DNA from: an uncultured Myxococcales bacterium
GTDB taxonomy: Bacteria > Myxococcota_A > UBA9160 > UBA4427
Direction of reading: 5' to 3'
NCBI GenBank assembly: GCA_965603475.1
Contig: CBFDDD010000013.1
Location: forward strand, 2,687-66,686
DNA: 64,000 nucleotides
Shown: piece by piece, positions 19,114 to 28,353 of the stretch
How the letters are laid out: each line of letters begins with the position of its first letter
Numbering within the stretch: position 1 is the stretch's first letter
The notes under the pieces: generated by a model
The model's input: the letters and a program-made list of their open reading frames with translations, nothing else
Database searches by the model: none
What the model was told of the DNA's origin: nothing
Program-made: the position numbers and the translations under genes

Positions 19114-19947
19114 ATGCAGCGACTCAGCGACAAGACCGCGATCATCACCGGAGGCGCCAGCGGGATCGGCGCAGCCAGCGCCCGGCTCTTCGTCGAAGAG
19201 GGCGCACGCGTGTTGATCGCCGATGCCCAGTCCGAGCGAGGCGAAGCGCTCGCCAAAGAACTCGGCGATGCGGCCGCCTTTCATCAGGTCGACGTAACAC
19301 GCGAAGACGAAATCCGAGCGGTCGTCGGCGATGCTGTGGAGCGCTGGGGTCGACTCGATTGCATCTTCAACAACGCTGGTTTCGGTGGTGCCCTCGGGTC
19401 GATCGAAACGACGACGGTCGAAGAATTCGACATTACGTTCGACGTTCTGCTCAAGGGTGTCTTTCTCGGGATCAAACACGCCGCGCCCGTCATGCGCGCG
19501 CAAGGTGGCGGCTCTATCATCAGTACAGCTTCGGTCGCAGGACTCAAGACGGGCGAGTCTCCCCATCTCTACAGCGTCGCGAAGGCGGCGGTCATTCACC
19601 TCACGCGTTCCGTCGCCCTGGAACTCGGTGAACACGGCATTCGGGTCAACTGCATCTGTCCGGGCATCGTCGCAACGCCGCTCGCCGCCGGCCGGCCGAA
19701 CGCCAGTCATGAAGCCCTCGAGCGCCTCGCGGACGGTCTGGCCAAGACGCAAGCGATGGGACGCGTCGGACAGCCCGAGGACATCGCGCGCGCCGCGCTC
19801 TGGCTGGCGAGTGACGATTCGGAATGGGTGACGGGCCACGCGCAGGTCGTCGACGGGGGCGCGTTTGCCGGACGACCTTGGAGTCGACAGGGGGATTGGA
19901 TCACGCAGGACCGGCCCATCAAATTGTATCGGCCCGAAGGTCGCTAA
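19114..19947 (+). CDS. SDR family oxidoreductase
   Basis: KTAIITGGASGIGAA, NNAG, and YSVAK as the YxxxK motif. Confidence 0.9.
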   Translation: MQRLSDKTAIITGGASGIGAASARLFVEEGARVLIADAQSERGEALAKELGDAAAFHQVDVTREDEIRAVVGDAVERWGRLDCIFNNAGFGGALGSIETTTVEEFDITFDVLLKGVFLGIKHAAPVMRAQGGGSIISTASVAGLKTGESPHLYSVAKAAVIHLTRSVALELGEHGIRVNCICPGIVATPLAAGRPNASHEALERLADGLAKTQAMGRVGQPEDIARAALWLASDDSEWVTGHAQVVDGGAFAGRPWSRQGDWITQDRPIKLYRPEGR

Positions 19948-19951
19948 CGCC

Positions 19952-20629
19952 GTGGTCAAGCTCATCGCATTCTTCAAGCGCAGGATCGGCATGTCGGTCG
20001 AGGATTTCCAGCGACACTGGCGGACACGTCACGCAGCGCTGGTGGTTCGCCAGAGCGGACTGCGCCGATACATCCAGAATCACACACTTCTATCCGCCTA
20101 CGATCGAAGCGAACCGTCTTACGACGGCGTCGCGGAGGCGTGGTTCGACGACACCGACTCGATGCGGGCTCTTTCCTCGTCGCCGGAATTCCGAGCGGTC
20201 CAGGCGGACGAGTCCAACTTCATCGACGCGAAGAGCATCGACTCCGTGATCACAGACGAGGTCGTCATCATCGACGGCACGATTCCCGAAGACAGCGTAA
20301 AAATGATCGCATTCCTGAACAAGCGACCCGACGTGAGCTTCGAGTTCTTTCAAAGATATTGGCGAGAAACGCACGGGCCCATTGCATCGCGCATTCCGGG
20401 CAACAGACGCTATGTGCAATGTCACGTCCGGCCCGGCATCTACGAGGCTGGCAGGACACCTGCCTATGATGGCGTCCCGATTTCGTGGTTCGCAGACGTG
20501 CAAGCGCTGCGCGATTCGGGATCGTCGCCAGAATACGCTGCCACGCGTGCGGACGAAGCGAATTTCATGATCTCTGGTCGACTGCCCTTCGTGATCGCAA
20601 ACGCCCTCGAGATCGAGATCGAGCATTGA
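19952..20629 (+). CDS. tandem EthD-domain protein
   Basis: Two repeats of the EthD signature: VVKLIAFFKRRIGMSVEDFQRHWRTRH and VKMIAFLNKRPDVSFEFFQRYWRETH. GTG 19952 lies 5 nt after the SDR stop. The track start at 19865 is inside the SDR gene. Confidence 0.75.
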   Translation: MVKLIAFFKRRIGMSVEDFQRHWRTRHAALVVRQSGLRRYIQNHTLLSAYDRSEPSYDGVAEAWFDDTDSMRALSSSPEFRAVQADESNFIDAKSIDSVITDEVVIIDGTIPEDSVKMIAFLNKRPDVSFEFFQRYWRETHGPIASRIPGNRRYVQCHVRPGIYEAGRTPAYDGVPISWFADVQALRDSGSSPEYAATRADEANFMISGRLPFVIANALEIEIEH

Positions 20630-20632
20630 ACG

Positions 20633-21139
20633 ATGCATGAGTCGGCGCTTCAATCCTTGCTCGACCGCGCCGCGATCAGCGACGTCGTTCATGCGTACGC
20701 GACCGGGCTCGATCGACGCGACTGGGCGCTTCTTCGATCGATCTTCATGGACACGATCGATATGGACTTCCAATCCGTTGGCCTGCGACCGGATCACTAC
20801 GACGCGGATCAATGGGTACGCGACGCAGAACGACTCTTTGCCGGCTTCCGAGCAACTCAACACACCAGTTCGAATCATGTTCACGATCTGCGGGGTGACT
20901 ACGCGACTTGTGTCTCGAATATGCAGGCCGAGCACTTTCTCCTGCTTGAACCGGATGACGCTTTCGAGAACGGTGCGGATCGCTGGACGATTGGCGGTTA
21001 CTACATCAACGAACTCGTTCGCACGGCCGACATCTGGAAGCTTGCGAAGGTGACGCTCAACGTGACCTGGCAGACCGGGAACGAAAATCTCTCCCGAATG
21101 GCGCTTCGCCGAGGGCGCAAGGCCACAGGCGACGCGTAG
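20633..21139 (+). CDS. SnoaL-like / NTF2-fold protein
   Basis: LLDRAAISDVVHAYATGLDRRDWALLRSIF is typical of the SnoaL_4 family. Confidence 0.8.
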   Translation: MHESALQSLLDRAAISDVVHAYATGLDRRDWALLRSIFMDTIDMDFQSVGLRPDHYDADQWVRDAERLFAGFRATQHTSSNHVHDLRGDYATCVSNMQAEHFLLLEPDDAFENGADRWTIGGYYINELVRTADIWKLAKVTLNVTWQTGNENLSRMALRRGRKATGDA

Positions 21140-21243
21140 CCCCTGGTCGTGAGGCCCATCAGAGGCCGGGATGGTCGGACCGCCTCGGCGTGGCTCCCGA
21201 AAAACACGCCCAACTGGGCAGTGAAAAGTCGTACAATCGACCT

Positions 21244-22461
21244 ATGAAATTTGGAATCTTCTACGAACATCAGCTGCCGCGGCCCTGGACGGAGCGAGCG
21301 GAGTATGAGCTGTTTCAGAACTCTCTCACGCAAGTCGAACTGGCCGACGGGCTCGGCTACGACTACGCCTGGGAAGTCGAGCACCACTTCCTAGAAGAAT
21401 ATTCTCATTCCTCCGCGCCGGAAGTGTTTCTCGCTGCGGCCAGCCAACGCACAAAGCAGATCCGGCTCGCGCACGGAATCATCCAGCTCACGACCAATCA
21501 TCCCGCACGCGTCGCCGAACGCGTGAGTACCCTCGACCTGCTCTCGAATGGTCGAGTCGAGATGGGCATTGGTGAAGGCTCCTCGATTACCGAACTCCAC
21601 CCATTCGATCGACGCTTCCGCGACAAGCGTGCCGTATGGGAAGACGCCGTCAAAGCAATCATGCCCATGTTCACGAGCGAAGGCTGGGAATACCACGGCG
21701 AGTATTTCGATTTCCCGCTTCGCAACGTGTTGCCCAAGCCGTATCAGAAACCGCATCCGCCCCTTTGGGTGGCGTGTTCACAGCTCGAAACGATCGACAT
21801 GGCCGGCCGCCGCGGCATGGGTGCGCTGGGCTTTCAGTTCGTGTCGGCGGACGCGGCACACGCTTGGGTCAACACCTACTACAACGCCTTCGTGAAAAGA
21901 CAGGAGAAGCTCGCGGACTACCAGACAAATCCGAATATCGCGCTCGTGTCCGGCTTCATGTGCTGCCGCGACGACGAAGAAGCACTGCGCAAAGCCGACG
22001 GCTGGACCTTCTTTCAATTCGCGCTTCGCTTCTACTCGAAACACGGCCCCGTTGCACCGGGTTCCGTCAATCTCTGGGAGCAATACCTCGAGTGGAAGGA
22101 AACGCCGGCCGGCGAAAAACAGCGCCGCACGGGACTCGTCGGATCCCCGGAAACGCTGCGCGCGAAGCTGCGCAAATTCGAGGCCTCGAACATCGATCAG
22201 GTGATCCTGCTCAACCAGGCCGGCAGCAACACCCACGAGGACATCTGTGAAAGCCTCGAACTGTTTGCCGAGGAGGTGATGCCCGAATTCCACGCGCGCG
22301 AGCCCGAACACCAGGAATGGAAACGCAAGGTCCTCTCGGGAGAGATCGAACTCGAGGAAACGGATACTGAGGAGTTCAGCTTTCGCGGGACTGCGAAGCC
22401 AACGATTACCCCGGACGGATCGCGCACCGAATCGGCTACGCCTACGATGGCGCAAGACTGA
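21244..22461 (+). CDS. LLM-class (luciferase-like) flavin-dependent oxidoreductase
   Basis: From ATG 21244: MKFGIFYEHQLPRPW...GYDYAWEVEHHFLEEYSHSSAPEVFL. Confidence 0.85.
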   Translation: MKFGIFYEHQLPRPWTERAEYELFQNSLTQVELADGLGYDYAWEVEHHFLEEYSHSSAPEVFLAAASQRTKQIRLAHGIIQLTTNHPARVAERVSTLDLLSNGRVEMGIGEGSSITELHPFDRRFRDKRAVWEDAVKAIMPMFTSEGWEYHGEYFDFPLRNVLPKPYQKPHPPLWVACSQLETIDMAGRRGMGALGFQFVSADAAHAWVNTYYNAFVKRQEKLADYQTNPNIALVSGFMCCRDDEEALRKADGWTFFQFALRFYSKHGPVAPGSVNLWEQYLEWKETPAGEKQRRTGLVGSPETLRAKLRKFEASNIDQVILLNQAGSNTHEDICESLELFAEEVMPEFHAREPEHQEWKRKVLSGEIELEETDTEEFSFRGTAKPTITPDGSRTESATPTMAQD

Positions 22462-22473
22462 GTTCCGCGCGTC

Positions 22474-23637
22474 ATGGATTTCCCCCTCGAAGGTATCCGT
22501 GTACTCGACTTTTCGCGGGTCCTTGCCGGTCCCTTCGCAGGCCGCATGCTGTCGGACCTCGGTGCAGAGGTCGTCAAACTCGAACCGCCCGAAGGCGACG
22601 TGACGCGCGCCTGGGGACATGTCCGAGCTGGCCTATCCGGCTACTACACTCAACAGAACGCCGGCAAAGAGAGCATTTGCATCGACCTCGAGGCGACGGG
22701 ATCGACTGATCTCGTACAGCGGCTTGCGTCGCGGGCCGACGTCGTCATCGAGAATTTTCGGCCCGACGTCATGACTCGACACGGTCTCTCGTGGAAGGAA
22801 CTCTCCGCGGACAATCCCGGTCTCATCATGCTTTCGATTTCCGGCTTCGGTCAAGACGGACCCGAGTCTCATCGGGCCGCCTACGCCGCGGTCCTCCACG
22901 CCGAATCCGGTATCGTGGCGCGCCAGGCCGAACTCGATGGTCGACCCGCCAGCGATCCCGTCCTCTCCATTGCCGACATGAACGCCGGCCTGCACGGACT
23001 CGTGGCGATCCTCTCGGCCCTTCACCTGCGAAACCGGACCGGCCGCGGCCAACACCTCGACATCGCAATGCTCGACACGATGTTGGTGACGGATGACTAC
23101 GCCAATTTCACAGTCGACGGAATTCCACTCGAGCGAGGAGGTGGAGAGGTCTGGGATGCGACCGGCGGTCCGATCATGATCACCGGTGATTTTCGCTTCA
23201 TCTGGAAGCTGCTGGTGAAGCATCACGGCGTAGTCGACGCAACGCCTGCGGGAGCCGATCTCGAAACAAAGATCCGCCATCGGCGAGAGGCGACGGCCGC
23301 ATTCTACACATCGTTCCCCGACCGCCCGTCGCTGATTGCCGCGCTCGACGGTATGAACCTCGCCTGGGGCGATATTCGGCCGAACGTCGACGCCTTCACC
23401 TCACCCACCGCGTTGGCCCGGGGAAGCGTCGCGCAGGTGGACGATCGCTGTGAAGGAAAGCGGCCGGTCGTACAGTCGCCGTATCGCTTCTCGGACGCAG
23501 CCAGTGGTGTGCGTGCCGGACCGGCCTATCGAGGCGAGCACAATCGGCAGGTCCTCGTGCGCTGGCTCGATGCCACGGCGGACGAGATCGACCGACTCTC
23601 ACGCGATGGCGTACTCGACGCCGAGCGCATGCCATGA
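22474..23637 (+). CDS. family III CoA-transferase (CaiB/BaiF)
   Basis: GIRVLDFSRVLAGPFAGRMLSDLGAEVVKLEPPEGD. Confidence 0.9.
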   Translation: MDFPLEGIRVLDFSRVLAGPFAGRMLSDLGAEVVKLEPPEGDVTRAWGHVRAGLSGYYTQQNAGKESICIDLEATGSTDLVQRLASRADVVIENFRPDVMTRHGLSWKELSADNPGLIMLSISGFGQDGPESHRAAYAAVLHAESGIVARQAELDGRPASDPVLSIADMNAGLHGLVAILSALHLRNRTGRGQHLDIAMLDTMLVTDDYANFTVDGIPLERGGGEVWDATGGPIMITGDFRFIWKLLVKHHGVVDATPAGADLETKIRHRREATAAFYTSFPDRPSLIAALDGMNLAWGDIRPNVDAFTSPTALARGSVAQVDDRCEGKRPVVQSPYRFSDAASGVRAGPAYRGEHNRQVLVRWLDATADEIDRLSRDGVLDAERMP

Positions 23638-23900
23638 GTCAGCCTGAGAATCCATTCGCATTCGACACGAGCCGCAAGCAACGCAAGCCACAAGACTACT
23701 ACGACGAGATCAAGAAGAAGTTTGGTGCGGAACGGGACCTTCGACTGGGCTACCGGCCGGAAGGCACGCCGCAGTTCACGTCGGAATTCGCTGGAGGGCT
23801 CGAGAAATACGCCATCGATCCGAACGTCAGCGGGGAACGAGACGATACACCCAGACTCCCTCGAGGTCGTCAGGGTGGCGAAGGATCATCGAATGGCTGA
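23634..23900 (+). pseudogene. N-terminal remnant of a Baeyer-Villiger (type I flavin) monooxygenase
   Basis: YYDEIKKKFGAERDLRLGYRPEGTPQFTSEFAGGLEKYAIDP matches the N-terminal extension of BVMOs (the ..REKYRxERDKRLR..G..QY...DPY.. pattern). The FAD GxGxxG fold never follows, and the ORF runs into the convergent gene. ATGA overlap with the CoA-transferase stop. Confidence 0.5.
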
Positions 23901-24276
23901 CCCACGCGTCATCGAACTCCGAGATCTCGGCCGGATCGACGACCCGCTCGGCACGCGCAAGATAGATCACATCTCCGGTGCGTAGCCGGACGAGCGGATT
24001 CGACTCCATGTGCACGACCCATTTCTTCTCCGTGTCGCCCGCATTGATATAGAGGCGCCCGTCGATCTGTGCGTAGGAGATATTGACCGAGTAGGGATCC
24101 TCCGGTCGCGTCTCGAGTTGAACGGTCGCGAAGTCTTCGTCGAGCGCCCATTCCTCGGGTGCGGGACGTTCGTCCCCGGACAACTCCCCGCCGGACATGA
24201 AAGGCAGGGGTCCGTTGCAGCCGCTCATGACGAGCGCGACCGAACACAACCACATCCCGCGAGTCACCCATCCCAT
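23827..24276 (-). CDS. hypothetical lipoprotein
   Basis: From ATG 24276: MGWVTRGMWLCSVALVMSGC (lipobox-like), then a soluble domain. The longer track start would overlap the thiolase gene. Confidence 0.6.
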   Translation of the reverse strand: MGWVTRGMWLCSVALVMSGCNGPLPFMSGGELSGDERPAPEEWALDEDFATVQLETRPEDPYSVNISYAQIDGRLYINAGDTEKKWVVHMESNPLVRLRTGDVIYLARAERVVDPAEISEFDDAWVSHSMILRHPDDLEGVWVYRLVPR

Positions 24277-24322
24277 CGCGACTTGCCCAACCTTCCTCGC
24301 CACCGATCGGCGTGACAGCGCT

Positions 24323-25543
24323 CTAGACGCGTTCGATGATGATCGCCGGGGCCATCCCGCCACCGGCACACATCGTGATCAGACCTGTCTGGAGATCTCG
24401 CCGCTCGAGCTCGTCGAGCACCGTGCCGATCAGGATCGCGCCCGTCGCGCCAATGGGATGTCCGAGCGCCATGGCTCCGCCGTTGACGTTCACCTTGTCG
24501 CGAGCGAGGTCGAGATCCCGCTGGACCTTCTCCGAGACGACGGCGAAGGCTTCGTTGACCTCGACGAGGTCGATGTCCGCGAGTGTCATACCGGCTCGCT
24601 TCAGCACCTTCTTCGCAGCGGGGACCGGCGCGTTCAGCATCAGGGTCGGGTCATCGCCCATGTTGGCGGTGGCGATGACACGTGCTCGCGGCCTGAGTCC
24701 ATGAGCGTCCGCGTACTCCTTGCCGGCGAAGAGGATCGCGGCGGCGCCATCGACCACTCCGCTCGAATTACCCGCGTGGTGCACGTGCACGATCTCGAGG
24801 TCCGGATACTTCTTGGCGACGAGTTCGCGAAAGGTCAGGCTGTCCTCGTGTCGATAGTCGGCGAGCTTCGGGAAGCTCGGGGCCAGTGCGGCGAGGGATT
24901 CGGCCGTCGTGCCGGGCCGCGGAAACTCCTCGTGGTCCAGCGCGAGTGTGCCGTCGAGGTTATGCACGGGAACGAGGCTCCTATCGAATCGGCCTTCTTT
25001 GATTGCGACGTCGGCCCGTCGCTGGGACTCGGCTGCGAGCGCGTCGAGCGCTTCACGCGAAATCCCTTCGAGCGTGGCGATCGCGTCGGCGCACACGCCT
25101 TGGTGAGGCTGTGGATGCAACTCCTGGAGATGCATGTTGTTCGCCCCCATCGGCAGCATCCCCTTCTTGGGCAGCGACATCATCTCCGTGCCGCCCGCGA
25201 TCACGAGGTCCTCCATCCCCGCCATGACGGAATTGGCGGCGATGTTCGCGCTCGTAATGCCGGAACCGCAGAAGCGATCGAGGGTGACTCCACTGGCCTT
25301 GATGTCGTAGCCGGCGTCGAGCGCGGCCATGCGACCGAGATCGCCGGACTGTTCGCTGACCTGCGAACTCGTTCCCCAGACCACGTCGTCGACTTCGGCG
25401 GAATCGAAACCGTTTCGCTCCTGGAGCGCGCGGAGCACGGTCGATCCGAGATGCTGCGGGTGCAGGTGCGCAAGGGCTCCCTTGCCTTGCTTGCCGATTC
25501 CACGAGGGGTACGGCAGGCGTCGATGATGAATGCGTCGGGCAT
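24323..25543 (-). CDS. acetyl-CoA C-acyltransferase (thiolase)
   Basis: From ATG 25543: MPDAFIIDACRTPRGIGKQGKGALA..., then DRFCGSG (active-site Cys), NVNGGAMALGHPIGATG and CAGGGMA. Confidence 0.9.
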   Translation of the reverse strand: MPDAFIIDACRTPRGIGKQGKGALAHLHPQHLGSTVLRALQERNGFDSAEVDDVVWGTSSQVSEQSGDLGRMAALDAGYDIKASGVTLDRFCGSGITSANIAANSVMAGMEDLVIAGGTEMMSLPKKGMLPMGANNMHLQELHPQPHQGVCADAIATLEGISREALDALAAESQRRADVAIKEGRFDRSLVPVHNLDGTLALDHEEFPRPGTTAESLAALAPSFPKLADYRHEDSLTFRELVAKKYPDLEIVHVHHAGNSSGVVDGAAAILFAGKEYADAHGLRPRARVIATANMGDDPTLMLNAPVPAAKKVLKRAGMTLADIDLVEVNEAFAVVSEKVQRDLDLARDKVNVNGGAMALGHPIGATGAILIGTVLDELERRDLQTGLITMCAGGGMAPAIIIERV

Positions 25544-25794
25544 GGGAAACTCCTGATGGTTGGGTGTACTGAAAGGATCGCCGCAGTCGGCTTGGAGACG
25601 CGGACGATCGTGAATGGGTCCGGCCAGAGAGTAACCGAATGCGGAGCGACGCGAGAGGGTCGACCGATGAGGCGGATCCGGGCTTCGAGTTCGATCACTC
25701 TGTTCCCCAGCACGACTGCCGCCCCCCGGCGCCACGCATCCGAGCGCTCCGCTGAGAAGCGATTCGCCATCGCCTCATCTACCCTTGAAGCAGG

Positions 25795-28029
25795 ATGAAC
25801 CGGCGCCGGGGAGGCCCATTGAGAGCTATTCGCTTCGTCTTGACACCGCTTCTGCTGTTGCTGGCGGTGGCCGTTGGCTGGGGCTACCTCGCTGGAACAG
25901 GCTACTGGGGACAGCGGCAGGCGCCGGGTGAGATCATTCTCGAGCCGAGAAAGCCTGCCCCCGCAGAGCCAGAGTTGATGCGTTCCGACAAGCAGATCCT
26001 GTTTGGAGATCTGCATGCGCACACCACTTTTTCCTTTGACGCCTTCAATATCAGTTTGCCGATGTACGGCGGTGAGGGTTCGCATCCACCTTCTGACGCC
26101 TGTGATTTTGCCCGCTATTGCTCGGCACTGGATTTCTGGTCCATCAATGATCACGCCGAGGGACTGACACCCAGACAATGGTCTTTGACCAGGGATGCCG
26201 TTCGTCAGTGCAATGCCGTCGCGGGTGACCCGCAGAATCCGGATATGGTGACTTTCCTTGGCTGGGAGTGGACCCAGATCGGTAACGTCCCGGACCAGCA
26301 CTACGGGCACAAAAATGTGATCCTGAAAGATACCGCCGAAGGAAAGATCCCCGTTCGCCCGATCTCTTCGCGGGAGCAGCTCTTTCCTGGCGGCACCGAT
26401 CCATTCGGAATTCCGATGCGCCTGTTGTTGATCGCCGGCGGCATGGGTGACCAGGGACGGCAGCCCTACCATGATTTTGCCCGCTTCCTGGAGGATCGAG
26501 CGCAGCTCGAAACTTGTCCCAGCGGCATTCCGGTGCGGAGTCTGCCAGCCGATTGCCAGGAGAGTGCACCCACACCCACTGAATTGTTTGGCAAGCTGGA
26601 TGACTGGGGTTTTCCTTATATGGTGATTCCCCATGGCAACACATGGGGTTTCTATACGCCGCCGTTGACCAGTTGGGACAAACAACTGGCCGCACACACG
26701 ACCCCCGATAAGCATGAGCCGCTCATCGAAGTTTTCTCGGGCCATGGCAACACCGAGCAGTACCGATCCTGGCGAGCGCGTGGCATCGACGAGAATGGTG
26801 CAGAGTATTGTGCGGCGCCCACCGAAGATTTCTTGCCCGAGTGCTGGCGAGCCGGACAGATCATTTTTGATCGCTGCATGCTGGCGGGTGAAAGCAGCGA
26901 GGTCTGCGAGCAACGGGCGGCGGCCACGCGCGCCAATTTTATCCTGACCAAGGATTCCGGCCACTGGACGGTGCCCGGAGCGACGATCGAGGACTGGCTG
27001 AATGCGGGGCAATGCACCGACTGCTACATGCCCGCCTACAACTATCGGCCAGCCAGCTCGGTTCAGTACGGACTGGCCATCCGTGATTTTTCTGTGGACG
27101 GTGAACCCAAGCGTTTTCGCTGGGGCATGATCGGTTCATCCGATGTGCATACGGCGAGGCCAGGTACCGGCTACAAAGAATTTCAGCGCCTCAACATGAC
27201 GGATGCCGGATTGGGGCGATTGGGCCCGCCTGCCATCCTCAAAGACGAGGAACAGACAGCTGAGTTTCTCAGCGTCGAAGAAGCTGGTGGATTGCTGAGC
27301 CCGAATTTCGAACGTTTCGCGTCCTTCTTTGGCACCGGCGGTCTGGTCGCGGTGCATAGCGAAGGGCGTAGTCGCGATGCGGTGTGGGACGCTCTGCAGC
27401 GCAAGGAGGTCTACGCCACCAGCGGAGATCGGATCCTGCTGTGGTTCGACTTGCATAACGGTTCGCAGTCTGCCGCGATGGGCAGTTCCATCCGCAGCCG
27501 GCAGAACCCCAGCTTCGAAGTCACTGCCGTCGGTGCATTCGAGCAAAAGCCGGGCTGTCCACCGGATACCTTGCGAGTGATGCCGAAGGATAAATTGCAG
27601 CGCTTGTGCGGGGGTGAATGTTATCACCCCTCCGATCGGAGAAAGCGCATCGACCGGATCGAAGTGGTGAGAATCTTGCCGCAGAACTCGCCGGGCGAAG
27701 ACGTGGCGGGGCTGATACAAGACCCCTGGCGGACCCTCCCCTGTCCGCCGACGAGCGAGGGTTGTTCAGTCCGATTCAGCGATGAGGACTACGCAAGCAA
27801 TGCCAGGGATGCGGTGTATTACGTTCGGGCGATCGAGGAAGCGAGTCCCACGATCAATGCCGGCCAGCTGCGTTGCGAACTCGATGAGCAGGGACAATGT
27901 ATTGCGGTGAACCCGTGCCGAGCGACATTGCCCACGGATCCTGCTGATGATTGTCTTGCCTCCGCCGAAGAGCGAGCCTGGTCATCCCCGATCTATATCG
28001 ACTGGCTTTCGACGGGCCAGCGCCAATAG
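25795..28029 (+). CDS. DUF3604-family (PHP-like metal-dependent) protein, N-terminally anchored
   Basis: ILFGDLHAHTTFSFDAF...FWSINDHAEG is the DUF3604 hallmark. TM helix FVLTPLLLLLAVAVGWGYL. Confidence 0.8.
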   Translation: MNRRRGGPLRAIRFVLTPLLLLLAVAVGWGYLAGTGYWGQRQAPGEIILEPRKPAPAEPELMRSDKQILFGDLHAHTTFSFDAFNISLPMYGGEGSHPPSDACDFARYCSALDFWSINDHAEGLTPRQWSLTRDAVRQCNAVAGDPQNPDMVTFLGWEWTQIGNVPDQHYGHKNVILKDTAEGKIPVRPISSREQLFPGGTDPFGIPMRLLLIAGGMGDQGRQPYHDFARFLEDRAQLETCPSGIPVRSLPADCQESAPTPTELFGKLDDWGFPYMVIPHGNTWGFYTPPLTSWDKQLAAHTTPDKHEPLIEVFSGHGNTEQYRSWRARGIDENGAEYCAAPTEDFLPECWRAGQIIFDRCMLAGESSEVCEQRAAATRANFILTKDSGHWTVPGATIEDWLNAGQCTDCYMPAYNYRPASSVQYGLAIRDFSVDGEPKRFRWGMIGSSDVHTARPGTGYKEFQRLNMTDAGLGRLGPPAILKDEEQTAEFLSVEEAGGLLSPNFERFASFFGTGGLVAVHSEGRSRDAVWDALQRKEVYATSGDRILLWFDLHNGSQSAAMGSSIRSRQNPSFEVTAVGAFEQKPGCPPDTLRVMPKDKLQRLCGGECYHPSDRRKRIDRIEVVRILPQNSPGEDVAGLIQDPWRTLPCPPTSEGCSVRFSDEDYASNARDAVYYVRAIEEASPTINAGQLRCELDEQGQCIAVNPCRATLPTDPADDCLASAEERAWSSPIYIDWLSTGQRQ

Positions 28030-28320
28030 CAGCACGAGTACAGTCGCTCCGAGCAAGCTGGCGCTCGGTTCGGGGACCAGCTTCTCGGCCTCGCCCCAGG
28101 AGGCCCCGTCGAAGTCGAAGATGTAGCCGGAGCCTACTCCCTGTGTGTTCTCAATATTCGTCCGCGAGTCCCGACGCCGCATGCGAGGGCAAGGCCGATC
28201 GAACTCAGCCCGAGCCTCGGTGGTCAGAAATACAGACATGGCGCTGGCGACCGCAGGGCGCCACGGATCGACTCGCGAGCAGCCCACCGTCCCGGACGGA
28301 CCGCCGCAGGAGAGATCCAT
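27982..28320 (-). CDS. possible small PEP-CTERM-tailed protein, or a remnant of one
   Basis: The C-terminus ...WGEAEKLVPEPSASLLGATVLVLLLALARRKPVDIDRG has the PEP motif, a TM helix and an RRK cluster (28006-28077). No N-terminal signal peptide is present in this frame. The 3' end overlaps the DUF3604 gene by 48 nt. Confidence 0.3.
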   Translation of the reverse strand: MDLSCGGPSGTVGCSRVDPWRPAVASAMSVFLTTEARAEFDRPCPRMRRRDSRTNIENTQGVGSGYIFDFDGASWGEAEKLVPEPSASLLGATVLVLLLALARRKPVDIDRG

Positions 28321-28353
28321 GAAGCTGCTCTTACTCGTCGAAGAGGTTGTGCG

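Noticed and set aside
24197-27012. 533-aa plus-strand ORF (24197-25798) and 603-aa minus-strand ORF (25201-27012)
   Set aside because: They are antisense to the thiolase and DUF3604 genes respectively. They are Arg/Gly-rich with no recognisable motifs.
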